Shown: positions 26,182-35,783 of the stretch, one piece after another
How the letters are laid out: each line of letters opens with the position of its first letter
Numbering within the stretch: position 1 is the stretch's first letter
NCBI GenBank assembly: GCA_041661005.1
Contig: JBAZVG010000001.1
Location: forward strand, 114,116-178,115
Direction: 5' to 3'
Length of the DNA stretch: 64,000 bases
Source: Minisyncoccota bacterium
GTDB lineage: Bacteria > Patescibacteriota > Minisyncoccia > Phycocordibacterales > UBA9973
Made by a program: the position numbers and the translations under genes
The notes under the pieces: model-generated
What the model was told of the DNA's origin: nothing
What the model saw: the letters and a program-made list of their open reading frames with translations, nothing else
Database searches by the model: none

Positions 26182-26253
26182 CTTGTCCCGTACTAAATTT
26201 TTTGGCAAAACAAATGGTCAATATTATTAACAATTTAAAATTTTAGTACTGGG
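26182..26253 (+). repeat. 72-nt structured intergenic repeat, copy 1, abutting the start codon of the HAD gene
   Basis: Near-identical to 56549..56620. Internal inverted repeat GTACTAAATTTT...AAAATTTTAGTAC. Ends ...TACTGGG then ATG. Confidence 0.6.
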
Positions 26254-27048
26254 ATGAAAATTTCGAACTTTGAAAAACTTACAGATAAAGATTTGATTGT
26301 TTTTGACTTAGATGGAACTTTGACTGAGACTAAATCCAATTTAGAACAAGATATGTCTGAAGCGCTTACGTCCCTTCTTAAGGAAAAAAAAGTTGTTGTT
26401 ATTGGAGGCGGTAATTATAAACAGTTTAAAAAACAATTTATAAAATATCTTAAATGTCCACGTCATTTGTTGTCACGTCTTTTCCTTTTTCCTACCACAG
26501 CAACCTCTTTCTATCGTTATAGTAATGGTTGGAAAAAAGTGTATGAATTTGTGCTTTCGAAGCGTGATATAATAATGATTAGAAAAGCGTTTCGCGATGT
26601 GTTTAAAGAAATAAATTACATTCAGCCGAAAAAAGTCTACGGCAAAGTTTTAGAAGATAGAGGAACACAGTTTACATTTTCCGCGCTTGGACAAGACGTC
26701 GTCACTATACTTGGGAAAAATGCTGGTGTGCGTTTAAAAAAAGAATGGACTCGTAAAAACACTCCATTGAAATTAAAAATCGCGGCTTTAATGCAAGAGC
26801 GCCTGCCACATCTAGAAGTTCATGCTGCTGGCTTTACCTCAATTGATATAACAAAAAAAGGTGTTGATAAACAATACGGAATGAATCAGATTAAAAAATA
26901 TCTTCATATATCCATCAAAAATATGCTTTTTATTGGTGATGCTATTTTTCCTGGTGGTAATGATTATGCGGTAACCAAAACTGGTGTGGATTACATGAAG
27001 GTTAAAGGACCTAGAGAAACTAAAGCAATAATTCGCAATATCTTATAA
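26254..27048 (+). CDS. HAD-superfamily hydrolase (HAD-IIB / phosphomannomutase-like)
   Basis: FDLDGTLTETKSN motif I, C-terminal GDAIFPGGNDYAV. Confidence 0.65.
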   Translation: MKISNFEKLTDKDLIVFDLDGTLTETKSNLEQDMSEALTSLLKEKKVVVIGGGNYKQFKKQFIKYLKCPRHLLSRLFLFPTTATSFYRYSNGWKKVYEFVLSKRDIIMIRKAFRDVFKEINYIQPKKVYGKVLEDRGTQFTFSALGQDVVTILGKNAGVRLKKEWTRKNTPLKLKIAALMQERLPHLEVHAAGFTSIDITKKGVDKQYGMNQIKKYLHISIKNMLFIGDAIFPGGNDYAVTKTGVDYMKVKGPRETKAIIRNIL

Positions 27049-27117
27049 AATGAAATTATTTGGTTTGGTCAAGAGATTGTTTATTTCTATAATTATGCGA
27101 TAATATTCTTTAATAGT

Positions 27118-27462
27118 ATGAAAACACTTGTTGTAAAAAAACCTTGGGGTCAATTTGATCAATTCACGCATAATGAAGTTACAACCGTAAAAGTTCTCTC
27201 AATCAATCCAAACACTTCTTTGAGCTTACAATATCACAATCATCGAGACGAGTTCTGGCGAGTTCTCTCTGGACATCCGGTTTTAACCATTAGTGAAAAG
27301 AAAATTAATGCTAATCCTGGCGATGAGTTTATGATTAAAAAGTTAGAAAAACATCGAATTGAAGCTAAAGATGACGCTGTGCAGATGTTAGAAATATCTT
27401 ATGATGATAATTTTGATGAAAATGATATTATTAGGTTAGAAGATAAATATGGCCGAGTCTAA
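27118..27462 (+). CDS. cupin-fold mannose-6-phosphate isomerase-like protein
   Basis: KPWGQFDQF...LSLQYHNHRDEFWRVLSG (type II PMI cupin signature). Confidence 0.7.
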   Translation: MKTLVVKKPWGQFDQFTHNEVTTVKVLSINPNTSLSLQYHNHRDEFWRVLSGHPVLTISEKKINANPGDEFMIKKLEKHRIEAKDDAVQMLEISYDDNFDENDIIRLEDKYGRV

Positions 27463-28633
27463 AAAGAAAATAAAAATTACTCACTCTCGGAGACTGAACG
27501 GCTCTGGGTCCAGACTAAACAAGTCGGGGAAAATTAATATTGTTGTCAAAAAAAAGATAACAAGAAAAAAACCGATACGCAAGACAAAGAAAAAGGTTTC
27601 TGTTCTTAGTCTTAAAAGATCGGATAAAAATCCTATTATTGAACCAGTTGGTCATAGATACTGGGAATCGAAAGCAACCTTCAATCCTACTGCCATTTAC
27701 CATGATGGTAAGGTGCACATTGTCTATCGAGCAATTGGGGACAGCGATATCTCAGTTTTGGGATATGCAAAAAGTGATGATGGAAATAATATTATTGAAC
27801 ATTCAAAAGAATTGGCTTTCTATCACCATCACAAATTAGCTTTTAAAAAGCCGGACAAAAAAAGCAAGGAAAATATGCCTCCCATTATTTATTCTTCCGG
27901 TGGTGGCTGGGGTGGCGGATGTGAGGACCCACGGCTTACACTTTTAGGCGACCAAGTGTATATGATCTACACGGCTTTTGATGGGTGGGGATCTGTGCGA
28001 ATGGCAATGACCTCCATAAGTTTGGATGATTTTATTTCGAGACGTTGGAATTGGAAACTCCCGGTATTGATTTCTTCTCCCGGACAAATACATAAAAATT
28101 GGGTGCTTTTCCCGGAAAAAATAAAAGGCAAATATGCAATTCTTCACAGTATTTCTCCTAAAATAATGATAAATTATTTTAAATCTTTAGATGAACTCGA
28201 TGGAGATAATTTCATATACAGTGTTCATCAAGGCAGTCCTTTGTGGGGGTCTCGAGACAAGTTTATCCGAGGTGTTGGGCCTTCACCTCTAAAGACAAAA
28301 TATGGCTGGCTAGTTTTATATCATAAAATGGAGAAACATGATTCCCATAGATATAAACTATGGGCAATGATTTTAGACGCAAAAGATCCAACAAAGATTC
28401 TATATAATTCCAATCAACCTATTCTTGAACCAGATGAATGGTATGAAAATGAAGGATATAAGGGAGGGGTGGTGTATTCTTGCGGAGCAGTTATTAAAGA
28501 CGAAAAGTTGTTTGTATATTATGGCGGTGCCGATAAAGTTTCTTGTGTTGCCACGGCTGACCTCGATAAATTTTTGAAAGAGTTGATGTATTCCGGCGGG
28601 GGAGTTGTAAAAAGTAAAAAAATTAAAGCATAG
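27449..28633 (+). CDS. GH130-family glycosidase/phosphorylase with a ~60-aa Lys-rich N-terminal extension
   Basis: FNPTAIYHDGKVHIVYRAIGD...GGCEDPRLT...YTAFDG (GH130/DUF377 motifs). The N-terminus is extremely basic (K/R-rich). Confidence 0.7.
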   Translation: MAESKKKIKITHSRRLNGSGSRLNKSGKINIVVKKKITRKKPIRKTKKKVSVLSLKRSDKNPIIEPVGHRYWESKATFNPTAIYHDGKVHIVYRAIGDSDISVLGYAKSDDGNNIIEHSKELAFYHHHKLAFKKPDKKSKENMPPIIYSSGGGWGGGCEDPRLTLLGDQVYMIYTAFDGWGSVRMAMTSISLDDFISRRWNWKLPVLISSPGQIHKNWVLFPEKIKGKYAILHSISPKIMINYFKSLDELDGDNFIYSVHQGSPLWGSRDKFIRGVGPSPLKTKYGWLVLYHKMEKHDSHRYKLWAMILDAKDPTKILYNSNQPILEPDEWYENEGYKGGVVYSCGAVIKDEKLFVYYGGADKVSCVATADLDKFLKELMYSGGGVVKSKKIKA

Positions 28634-28636
28634 TCT

Positions 28637-30592
28637 ATGTTTGTTGTAAAAAGATATCATCATAACCCAATTCTAGTTCCAGATAAAGACCATTACTGGG
28701 AGGCATTTGCGACTTTTAATATGAGCGTTATTAAAGCGGGCAAAACGTTTTATGGCGTTTATCGCGCTATCTCCGCGGTAGACAGGATGCGCACACCCGA
28801 ACGGATTTCAATAATAGGCATTGGAAAAAGCAAAGACGCATTAAATTTTGACGAGCGGACGCCTTTTATAGTTCCCACGGAGGACTGGGAAAAATATGGT
28901 TGCGAAGATCCGCGTGTTACTTATTTTGAAGGGAATTATTACGTATTTTACACGGCTCTTTCCAAGTATCCGTTCGAAGCGGGCGGAATCAAAGTCGCGG
29001 TCGCTGTTTCAAAAGATTTAAAAAAAATTAAGGAACGGCACTTGGTGACGCCCTTTAACGCAAAGGCAATGACTCTTTTCCCGGAACGCATCAATGGGAA
29101 GATCACAGTGGTTCTCTCGGTTAACACAGACATGCCTCCTACAAAAACTGCGATAGCGCAATTCGATAAAATCGAAGAATTATGGGATTCAAAATTCTGG
29201 GAGAAGTGGTATAAAGAGATAGACAAACATATTTTTGATTTAAAAAGAACTCCTTATGATCATATCGAAGTCGGAGCTCCGCCTGTCAAAACTCCCAAGG
29301 GTTGGCTTTTAGTATATTCGCATATTCAAAATTACTTTTCTTCCCCTGAAAATCTAGATCGTATATTTGGGGTTGAAGTGGCTGTGCTGGATTTTGATAA
29401 TCCACTCAAGATTTTGGGACGAACCAGCGGTCCGATATTTTCTCCTCGTGAATCCTATGAACTTTTGGGTTATGTTCCTGATGTAGTTTTTCCAATGGGC
29501 GCAATTTTGAAGAAATCTACTCGCCAACTTGCAGGCGGGGATATGCTTTATGTTTATTATGGAGCATCAGATATGACAGGTTGTGTAGCCCATGTGAGCT
29601 TGAATGATCTTCTAGGCACCATAATGGAAGATGCGGGCTCGCGTTGGCATTTCAAACGTTTCGAAAAAAATCCAATAATTGCGCCGAACAAACAACATTC
29701 TTGGGAAGCCAGAGCTACTTTTAATCCTGCTGTTTTGAGAATACACAACAAGACGCACATATTGTATCGAACTCTCTCAGATGACAATACGTCTTTTATC
29801 GGTTATGCGTCTACCAAAGACGGTGTGACTATTGATGAAAGATTGGGAGAGCCTATATATGGACCGAGAGAAGATTTTGAATCAAAAAAAATAGCTGGGG
29901 GGAATTCAGGCTGTGAGGATCCGCGACTTACAAAAATTGGGAAAACTATTTATATGTGCTATACAGCATTCGACGGCATTAGCCCGCCTCGAGTCGCCAT
30001 AACTTATATTTCAGAAAAAAACTTTTTACAACAAAAATGGGATTGGGAAAAACCCGTTTTGATTACTCCCGCTGGTTTTGACGATAAAGATACTTGCATT
30101 TTTTCTGAGAAAATAAAAGGTCAGTATTTTTTCTTACATCGTGTTGGTAGTGAAATATGCGGAGATTATCTAAAGTCGCTTGATTTCAAGAAAGAGACTG
30201 TCAAAAAATGTATTCGAATAATCGGACCAAGAATCAATAGCTGGGATAGTTCCAAAGTTGGCATCTCTGCGCCACCGATGAAGACAAAACATGGATGGTT
30301 GCTTCTTTATCATGGCGTTTCAAAAAGTCACAACACTTATCGTATTGGAGCAGTTCTGCTCGATCTAAAGGATCCGACCATAGTCCTCGCGCGCACTACT
30401 GACCCGATTTTTGAACCAAAAGAGCCGTATGAAAAAACAGGGATAGTTAACAATGTTGTCTTTCCATGTGGAATGGCTGTAAAAGATGGATTGCTCTATA
30501 TTTACTATGGCGGGGCGGATATGGTGGTAGGAGTTGCGACCATAGAACTCGATGTTGTCTTGAGAGCTCTTATGAGAAATGTAAAAAAATAG
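28637..30592 (+). CDS. tandem double GH130-domain protein (651 aa)
   Basis: Two complete GH130 units, each with FNxxV...YR, GCEDPR and YTAFDG motifs (at about aa 1-320 and 330-651). Confidence 0.7.
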   Translation: MFVVKRYHHNPILVPDKDHYWEAFATFNMSVIKAGKTFYGVYRAISAVDRMRTPERISIIGIGKSKDALNFDERTPFIVPTEDWEKYGCEDPRVTYFEGNYYVFYTALSKYPFEAGGIKVAVAVSKDLKKIKERHLVTPFNAKAMTLFPERINGKITVVLSVNTDMPPTKTAIAQFDKIEELWDSKFWEKWYKEIDKHIFDLKRTPYDHIEVGAPPVKTPKGWLLVYSHIQNYFSSPENLDRIFGVEVAVLDFDNPLKILGRTSGPIFSPRESYELLGYVPDVVFPMGAILKKSTRQLAGGDMLYVYYGASDMTGCVAHVSLNDLLGTIMEDAGSRWHFKRFEKNPIIAPNKQHSWEARATFNPAVLRIHNKTHILYRTLSDDNTSFIGYASTKDGVTIDERLGEPIYGPREDFESKKIAGGNSGCEDPRLTKIGKTIYMCYTAFDGISPPRVAITYISEKNFLQQKWDWEKPVLITPAGFDDKDTCIFSEKIKGQYFFLHRVGSEICGDYLKSLDFKKETVKKCIRIIGPRINSWDSSKVGISAPPMKTKHGWLLLYHGVSKSHNTYRIGAVLLDLKDPTIVLARTTDPIFEPKEPYEKTGIVNNVVFPCGMAVKDGLLYIYYGGADMVVGVATIELDVVLRALMRNVKK

Positions 30593-30605
30593 AAATAATG
30601 TGCGT

Positions 30606-31049
30606 TTATTTAGCGACTGTCAATGAAGTTGCTTTTTCAATCGCTTCAGTGAGTTTATCTATTGAAAATGGTTTCTCTAGAAATACACCTCCCAAATCGC
30701 TAACATTTTTTTTAAGCTTATCATCGGGTTTACCTGAAATAAAGACTGTAGGTAGTTCTTTAAAACGATCATCTGTGCGAATATTTTTGAGGGCATCTAT
30801 GCCATTCATCACAGGCATATTATTGTCGGTAATAATAAGGCTGAATTCTCCAGGTTTTGCCTTATCAAGTCTCTCTACGAGTTCTTTTCCATTTGCTACT
30901 TCCTCAATAGTACAACCCATCGTTCTTAAGACCATGCTAATCATTCTTCTGATCATCTCTTCATCATCGGCTACAAGAACATTTAAATTTAGCATCTCTT
31001 TTGTTTCTTTTGATGGGGGGGTTGGTATTTTCGTTTCAAAATCAAGCAT
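30606..31049 (-). CDS. stand-alone response-regulator receiver domain (CheY-like)
   Basis: VLVADDEEMIRR...IITDNNMPVMNGIDAL...K (phospho-accepting Asp pocket). Confidence 0.75.
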   Translation of the reverse strand: MLDFETKIPTPPSKETKEMLNLNVLVADDEEMIRRMISMVLRTMGCTIEEVANGKELVERLDKAKPGEFSLIITDNNMPVMNGIDALKNIRTDDRFKELPTVFISGKPDDKLKKNVSDLGGVFLEKPFSIDKLTEAIEKATSLTVAK

Positions 31050-31078
31050 GCCTTAATAATATATGATATAATATTAAT

Positions 31079-31480
31079 ATGCAAATAAATTTATTGGGGA
31101 AAAACATTGAATTGACTGAGGCTATCAAAGATTATGTTTTGAAAAGAATTACTAATTTAGAAAAATTGCTTTCTAATATTGAAAAGAGCGGAGGGGAAAT
31201 CAAAGTCGCTTTTGAAGTCGGTAAGAGCACCCATCATCATAAAGGAGGAGAGGTTTTTCATGCGGACTGTCTGATAAAAATAGATGGTAAAGAATTTTAT
31301 TCTAGCGCTGATAAAGAAGATTTATACCAAGCGATAGATGCCTTGAAAGACAGTCTCTATAGTGAAATAAACAAAAACAAGGATCGCAGGCAAACGCTCC
31401 TCCATCGTGGAGCTCGTAGTATCAAAAAAATGATGAAAGGCCTCTCAAGAAGGAATCCTTTTACTTCGAAGGAAAATTAA
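31079..31480 (+). CDS. hpf: ribosome hibernation-promoting factor (RaiA/HPF family)
   Basis: MQINLLGKNIELTEAIKDYV...IKVAFEV...HADCLIKIDGKEF. Confidence 0.75.
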   Translation: MQINLLGKNIELTEAIKDYVLKRITNLEKLLSNIEKSGGEIKVAFEVGKSTHHHKGGEVFHADCLIKIDGKEFYSSADKEDLYQAIDALKDSLYSEINKNKDRRQTLLHRGARSIKKMMKGLSRRNPFTSKEN

Positions 31481-31482
31481 AG

Positions 31483-31860
31483 ATGAGTAGTATGGATAGT
31501 AGAATAATTATTTTAGATCACAGGATTACAATAGGGGAAGTCAAGAAATTGGCCGATTTTTGGTATGGAACAATGATAAAGGGTGCTGTAGATATAGAAG
31601 GAGGTAGGGTTGCTTTAGGTGGAGATTATCACATTGAAGATTCCGAGTTATTAACTAGCACAGGTTCTAAATTTGAAGATGTTTGGGGGTTTAATATCCG
31701 TTTTGAGGAAAATAGTGACGGAGTTTTAGAATTTGATTCTATGGTGAATATAAAACCAAATTTTGGAAATCGTTCTAGAAATATAAACAATGAAGAAATA
31801 ATCAAAAAGGCCACTGAGACTATTGATAAATTTATTGCAATAAAAATAGATAGTAAATAA
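31483..31860 (+). CDS. hypothetical protein (125 aa)
   Basis: ORF coupled to hpf. Confidence 0.4.
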   Translation: MSSMDSRIIILDHRITIGEVKKLADFWYGTMIKGAVDIEGGRVALGGDYHIEDSELLTSTGSKFEDVWGFNIRFEENSDGVLEFDSMVNIKPNFGNRSRNINNEEIIKKATETIDKFIAIKIDSK

Positions 31861-31862
31861 TT

Positions 31863-32156
31863 ATGGAAAAGAATTCACTTTTTTATATGGCAAATATTTA
31901 CCCTGAAATAGGCAGACTTTTTTCTTTTTTTGATTCAAATAAAATTGAAGCTGCAAGGAATGCCCAGATTCGCGCGCTTGGTATAGTCGATAAAATATTA
32001 TCTTTTCAAGATATCAAACCTGCTGGGCGGGAAGAATGGAATGTAATAAAGAATTTTATTCTTGGTTATAATAAAATAGATGCATACGAAAGAACTATTT
32101 TAGAAAAATACGCTGAACCTTTTTCGTATAAATTCATGAATCAGTATAAACAATAA
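31863..32156 (+). CDS. hypothetical protein (97 aa)
   Basis: ORF coupled to the preceding gene. Confidence 0.4.
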   Translation: MEKNSLFYMANIYPEIGRLFSFFDSNKIEAARNAQIRALGIVDKILSFQDIKPAGREEWNVIKNFILGYNKIDAYERTILEKYAEPFSYKFMNQYKQ

Positions 32157-32219
32157 AATTATACTAAAATACATATATCAGCTATAGCATAAATAGGTAA
32201 ATTAGAATATTAAACTTGA

Positions 32220-33140
32220 TTAATTTTTCCAGTCTGTTTCTTTGCCGTTTTCAGGTATGACTTTTTTAATTATGAATTGTTTACTCCGAGCTCCGTCGAG
32301 GGGATTATCTATAAGTTCCGCATCAGTGATTATGATTCTTTTGTCATTCCTGAAAAAGAAAGTTCTAGGCCAAGAGGCATAAGCTCTGAATTTGTTGTAA
32401 TTCGTAATTGCATCGGAATTTAAATCTATGAGCCCATCTTCTTTCTTGATTTTTTTACAATAAGTCGCTTTTTGTTCATCTTGTGGAGTTGTTTTTATTT
32501 TTCCGGCAGTAAATTCTGGTAAAGTTTTAACTAAAAGTTCTGCGCCGAGCTTTATGAGACGTTTACGCAAATCTGGAGCTTTTTCATGGGGTAGGATCGG
32601 AACGTTTTCTTGTGCGATGATCTGTCCTCTATCTATTTTGAATGCCATTTTTTGTATTGAAATTCCTGTTTCCGTATCGCCATTTAATATAGCAGATTCA
32701 ACCGGAGAGGCTCCGCGATATTTTGGTAGGAGCGAATAGTGGATATTTATTGAGCCTAGTTTTGGCATATTTATAATCTTTTCCGGTATTATTTTTCCGT
32801 AGGCGACTACGATAAACAAGTCGGAGATATTTTGCTCACCACGAAAATTTTCTGCTGAAAATTTTCTCTGTCCGTCGCCGTCGCTCCTACCAAGGGTTCT
32901 CAAAACATCTCCGATTTGTTTATCGTCCAAAATACTTTCCGGCTGAATATATGGAATTTTATTTTCTATTGCCCAAGTTTTTACAGGTGGGGGAGTAACG
33001 ATCATTTTGCGTCCTTGAGGTTTGTCCGGCGATGTGACGATAAGCGAAGGCGTAAAGCCATTTTGTTTTAGTATTTCCAAAGTTTCGGAAGCGACATCCG
33101 GTGTTCCCCAAAACACGAAATTTAATTTATTCATATTCAC
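32220..33140 (-). CDS. fmt: methionyl-tRNA formyltransferase
   Basis: FWGTPDVASETLEIL... INIHYSLLPKYRGASPV (formyltransferase motifs). Confidence 0.85.
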   Translation of the reverse strand: MNMNKLNFVFWGTPDVASETLEILKQNGFTPSLIVTSPDKPQGRKMIVTPPPVKTWAIENKIPYIQPESILDDKQIGDVLRTLGRSDGDGQRKFSAENFRGEQNISDLFIVVAYGKIIPEKIINMPKLGSINIHYSLLPKYRGASPVESAILNGDTETGISIQKMAFKIDRGQIIAQENVPILPHEKAPDLRKRLIKLGAELLVKTLPEFTAGKIKTTPQDEQKATYCKKIKKEDGLIDLNSDAITNYNKFRAYASWPRTFFFRNDKRIIITDAELIDNPLDGARSKQFIIKKVIPENGKETDWKN

Positions 33141-33156
33141 TTTATAACTTTATAAA

Positions 33157-33717
33157 CTATTTCGGAACTTCTTCTGCTATATCTTTTGCATGATCGATGA
33201 AGAGTATGCCCTTTAGGTGGTCTGTCTCATGTTGAAATATTTGCGCGAGCAGTCCTGACGCGCCTCTGGTAAATTTCTTGCCGTTTTCGTCGTAGGCCAC
33301 GATAGTCGCTTTTGTGGATCTCCATGTTTTGCCATAAAGGGGGCGGACAGAGAGGCATCCCTCCGGCATCCATTCTTTTTCACGAGAAAGTTTGGAAATT
33401 TTTGGATTTATAAAAATCAAGTCGTTTATTTCTTTTTCTTCTTCTACCTTACTTACCAGATTGTTTTCATTCAACAGCAAGTTCTCCTCTTCTTTTTTGA
33501 TAAAATTTTTGGCAAATACTTTTCCAGATACAACGAAAATTTTCAATGCATACCCTATCTGTGGCGCCGCTATCGCCACGCCGTCGCTCTGGCTTTTGAG
33601 AGCTTCAGACATTTCTTTCAGTATTTTTTTTATTTTAGCTGTTTTGATGTCGCTGATCGGCACTTCTTCTGCTATTTGACGCAAGACTTTTTCATTTTTT
33701 TGAAGGATTTTTTTCAT
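33157..33717 (-). CDS. def: peptide deformylase
   Basis: GVAIAAPQIG, EGCLSVRP, QHETDHLKG motifs. Confidence 0.85.
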   Translation of the reverse strand: MKKILQKNEKVLRQIAEEVPISDIKTAKIKKILKEMSEALKSQSDGVAIAAPQIGYALKIFVVSGKVFAKNFIKKEEENLLLNENNLVSKVEEEKEINDLIFINPKISKLSREKEWMPEGCLSVRPLYGKTWRSTKATIVAYDENGKKFTRGASGLLAQIFQHETDHLKGILFIDHAKDIAEEVPK

Positions 33718-33782
33718 GGTTTTGTTTTGTCACCACAACCTTGTCTCAACCTGAACTTACTTAATGTGTTATTTTGTATTCT

Positions 33783-35081
33783 TTATTTCAGCTCTTTAAG
33801 ATATTCCAAAAGTTTGTCTAATTTTATGGTGTCCTGGGAACGATTGCCCATATTTCGCACTATTACAGAATTATCTAATGCTTCTTTGACCCCAAAAATA
33901 AGCGCATAAGGGATATCGAGCTTCTCAGCAATTGCCAACTGAGAGCCCAGACTATCTTTGGAGAGCGATTGGGCGATGGGCATGTGGGCTTTACGCAGTG
34001 TTTCAATTATATTCAGACTTTTTAATTTTGCTTCAGAGCCAAGCTGGATGAAATAAATCTTTGGTTTCTTCAATATACGGGGCGCAAGTTTTTTGTACCA
34101 AGATGATTCCACTATTCTATCTACTCCCATAGAAAACCCCACTGCTGGAACGTCCTTTTTCCCGCCTATTTGGCGAGCCAAATAATCATATCTACCTCCG
34201 GATGCTATCTGCACTGGGGGTTCTTCTTCTTTATTGTTTTTTGCATACACTTCGAAAACCGTGCGAGTATAGTAAGAAAGTCCACGCACCAGATTCTTGT
34301 TTATGTTATAGCCTATGTTCATTTCTTCTAAGTATTCTAGAACTTCTTTAAAATGTTTTTTACAGGAAGGGCAAAGGAATGAAACTGAATCAGGAGCGTT
34401 CTCATTTATCTCTTTAGTCTTTTCTTCTTTGGAATCTAAAATGCGCAATGGATTTATCTTTAGACGCTCGCGGTCTATCGGAGCTAGATCACTTATGTGT
34501 TTTCTGTAATAATTTGTAAGTTCTTTAACATATCCATTTCTGCATTCTTTGTCGCCGATTGAGTTTATTTCTATTGAAATATCTTGAGCACCAGCTTCTT
34601 CTAGAATAGTTACGCCTGTTTTGATCACCAATGCGTCCATGATGCTTTTATCATTGCCGAGTGAATCCAGATCAAATTGCCAAAATTGCCTATAACGTCC
34701 GGCTTGTGGCCTGTCGTGTCTAAAGACTGGTCCATATTGGTAGAGCATTACCGGCTGGGGCATTGTCTGCATTCCATTTTCTATATAAGCGCGCATCAAC
34801 GGCGCAGTGTGTTCAGGTCGAAGCGCTAAATGATCTCCGCCTTTGGTTTTTAGTGTATACATTTCCTTGTCTATGATGTCAGTGCCTTCTCCTATACTGG
34901 TGGTGAAAATTTCTTCATGTTCCATGAGGGGAGTGTCGATTGGTCTAAAACCGTAATACACCGCTATTTCTTGCGCTTTTTCAAAAAATCCCTGAAAAGC
35001 ATAGTATTCCCCATTCATCAAATCTCTCATGCCTTTTGGTGAAGAAATTTCTTGAAGTTTGCTTTTAGCTGTTTTTTTCAT
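33783..35081 (-). CDS. hisS: histidyl-tRNA synthetase
   Basis: Class II aaRS motifs, RPEHTAPLMRAY, GGRYDYLARQIGGKKDVPAVGFSMGVDRI. Confidence 0.85.
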   Translation of the reverse strand: MKKTAKSKLQEISSPKGMRDLMNGEYYAFQGFFEKAQEIAVYYGFRPIDTPLMEHEEIFTTSIGEGTDIIDKEMYTLKTKGGDHLALRPEHTAPLMRAYIENGMQTMPQPVMLYQYGPVFRHDRPQAGRYRQFWQFDLDSLGNDKSIMDALVIKTGVTILEEAGAQDISIEINSIGDKECRNGYVKELTNYYRKHISDLAPIDRERLKINPLRILDSKEEKTKEINENAPDSVSFLCPSCKKHFKEVLEYLEEMNIGYNINKNLVRGLSYYTRTVFEVYAKNNKEEEPPVQIASGGRYDYLARQIGGKKDVPAVGFSMGVDRIVESSWYKKLAPRILKKPKIYFIQLGSEAKLKSLNIIETLRKAHMPIAQSLSKDSLGSQLAIAEKLDIPYALIFGVKEALDNSVIVRNMGNRSQDTIKLDKLLEYLKELK

Positions 35082-35094
35082 AATTGATTTTTTA

Positions 35095-35721
35095 TTATTT
35101 GTCGTTTGTTTGCTGATAATCGCCCGGCAACACGCTCATCTTATTTATAGGAAATAATCGCAGAAATGCTCTTCCGACGAGGAGGTCTCTTTTTACCGCA
35201 CCCCAATATCTTGAATCAGAACTTCCGCTTCTGTTGTCGCCCATTACAAAATATTCATCATTTTTTAATTCAACATGTGTCATGTTGTTTGCGATATTTT
35301 TTACGTAAGGCTCATTGAGCGTAAATCCTTCTTCGTATTTTTTGTTAGTTATAGTCACCACATTGCCTTTTATATCCACTGTTTCATTTGGAAGACCGAT
35401 TATTCTTTTAATGAAAAATTTAGTCTGATCATTTGGGTATTTGAAGACCACCACGTCATCTCTTTTTGGATTGCCAAATTTATAAGATATTTTATCTACT
35501 ATCAAATAGTTTGCATTCTCAAAAGTTGGAATCATTGAACTTCCAGAAACTATGAATGGTCCTGCGATGAAAACACGAATGGGAACAACGATGATCAACG
35601 CAATCATGGCAAAACGCGCAAGTTCCCAAAATGACTGCTCGGTTGAGCGCGGTTTTTCTAATGTTTCACTTATTTCGTCTTTCATAAACAATAATATAGC
35701 ATAAAAAAGTATTGACAGCAT
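35095..35721 (-). CDS. lepB: signal peptidase I
   Basis: GSSMIPTF, KRIIGLPNE, MGDNRSGSSDSRYWG boxes. Confidence 0.85.
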   Translation of the reverse strand: MLSILFYAILLFMKDEISETLEKPRSTEQSFWELARFAMIALIIVVPIRVFIAGPFIVSGSSMIPTFENANYLIVDKISYKFGNPKRDDVVVFKYPNDQTKFFIKRIIGLPNETVDIKGNVVTITNKKYEEGFTLNEPYVKNIANNMTHVELKNDEYFVMGDNRSGSSDSRYWGAVKRDLLVGRAFLRLFPINKMSVLPGDYQQTNDK

Positions 35722-35783
35722 GCCACAGTTTGTTTCGTAATTAAAATTTGCTCGGAAATAGTTTTTAGTGTAGAATTGTTTCT

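Noticed and set aside
30466-31056. 196-aa plus-strand ORF overlapping the response-regulator gene
   Set aside because: It is antisense to a CDS with clear receiver-domain motifs and starts inside the preceding GH130 gene.
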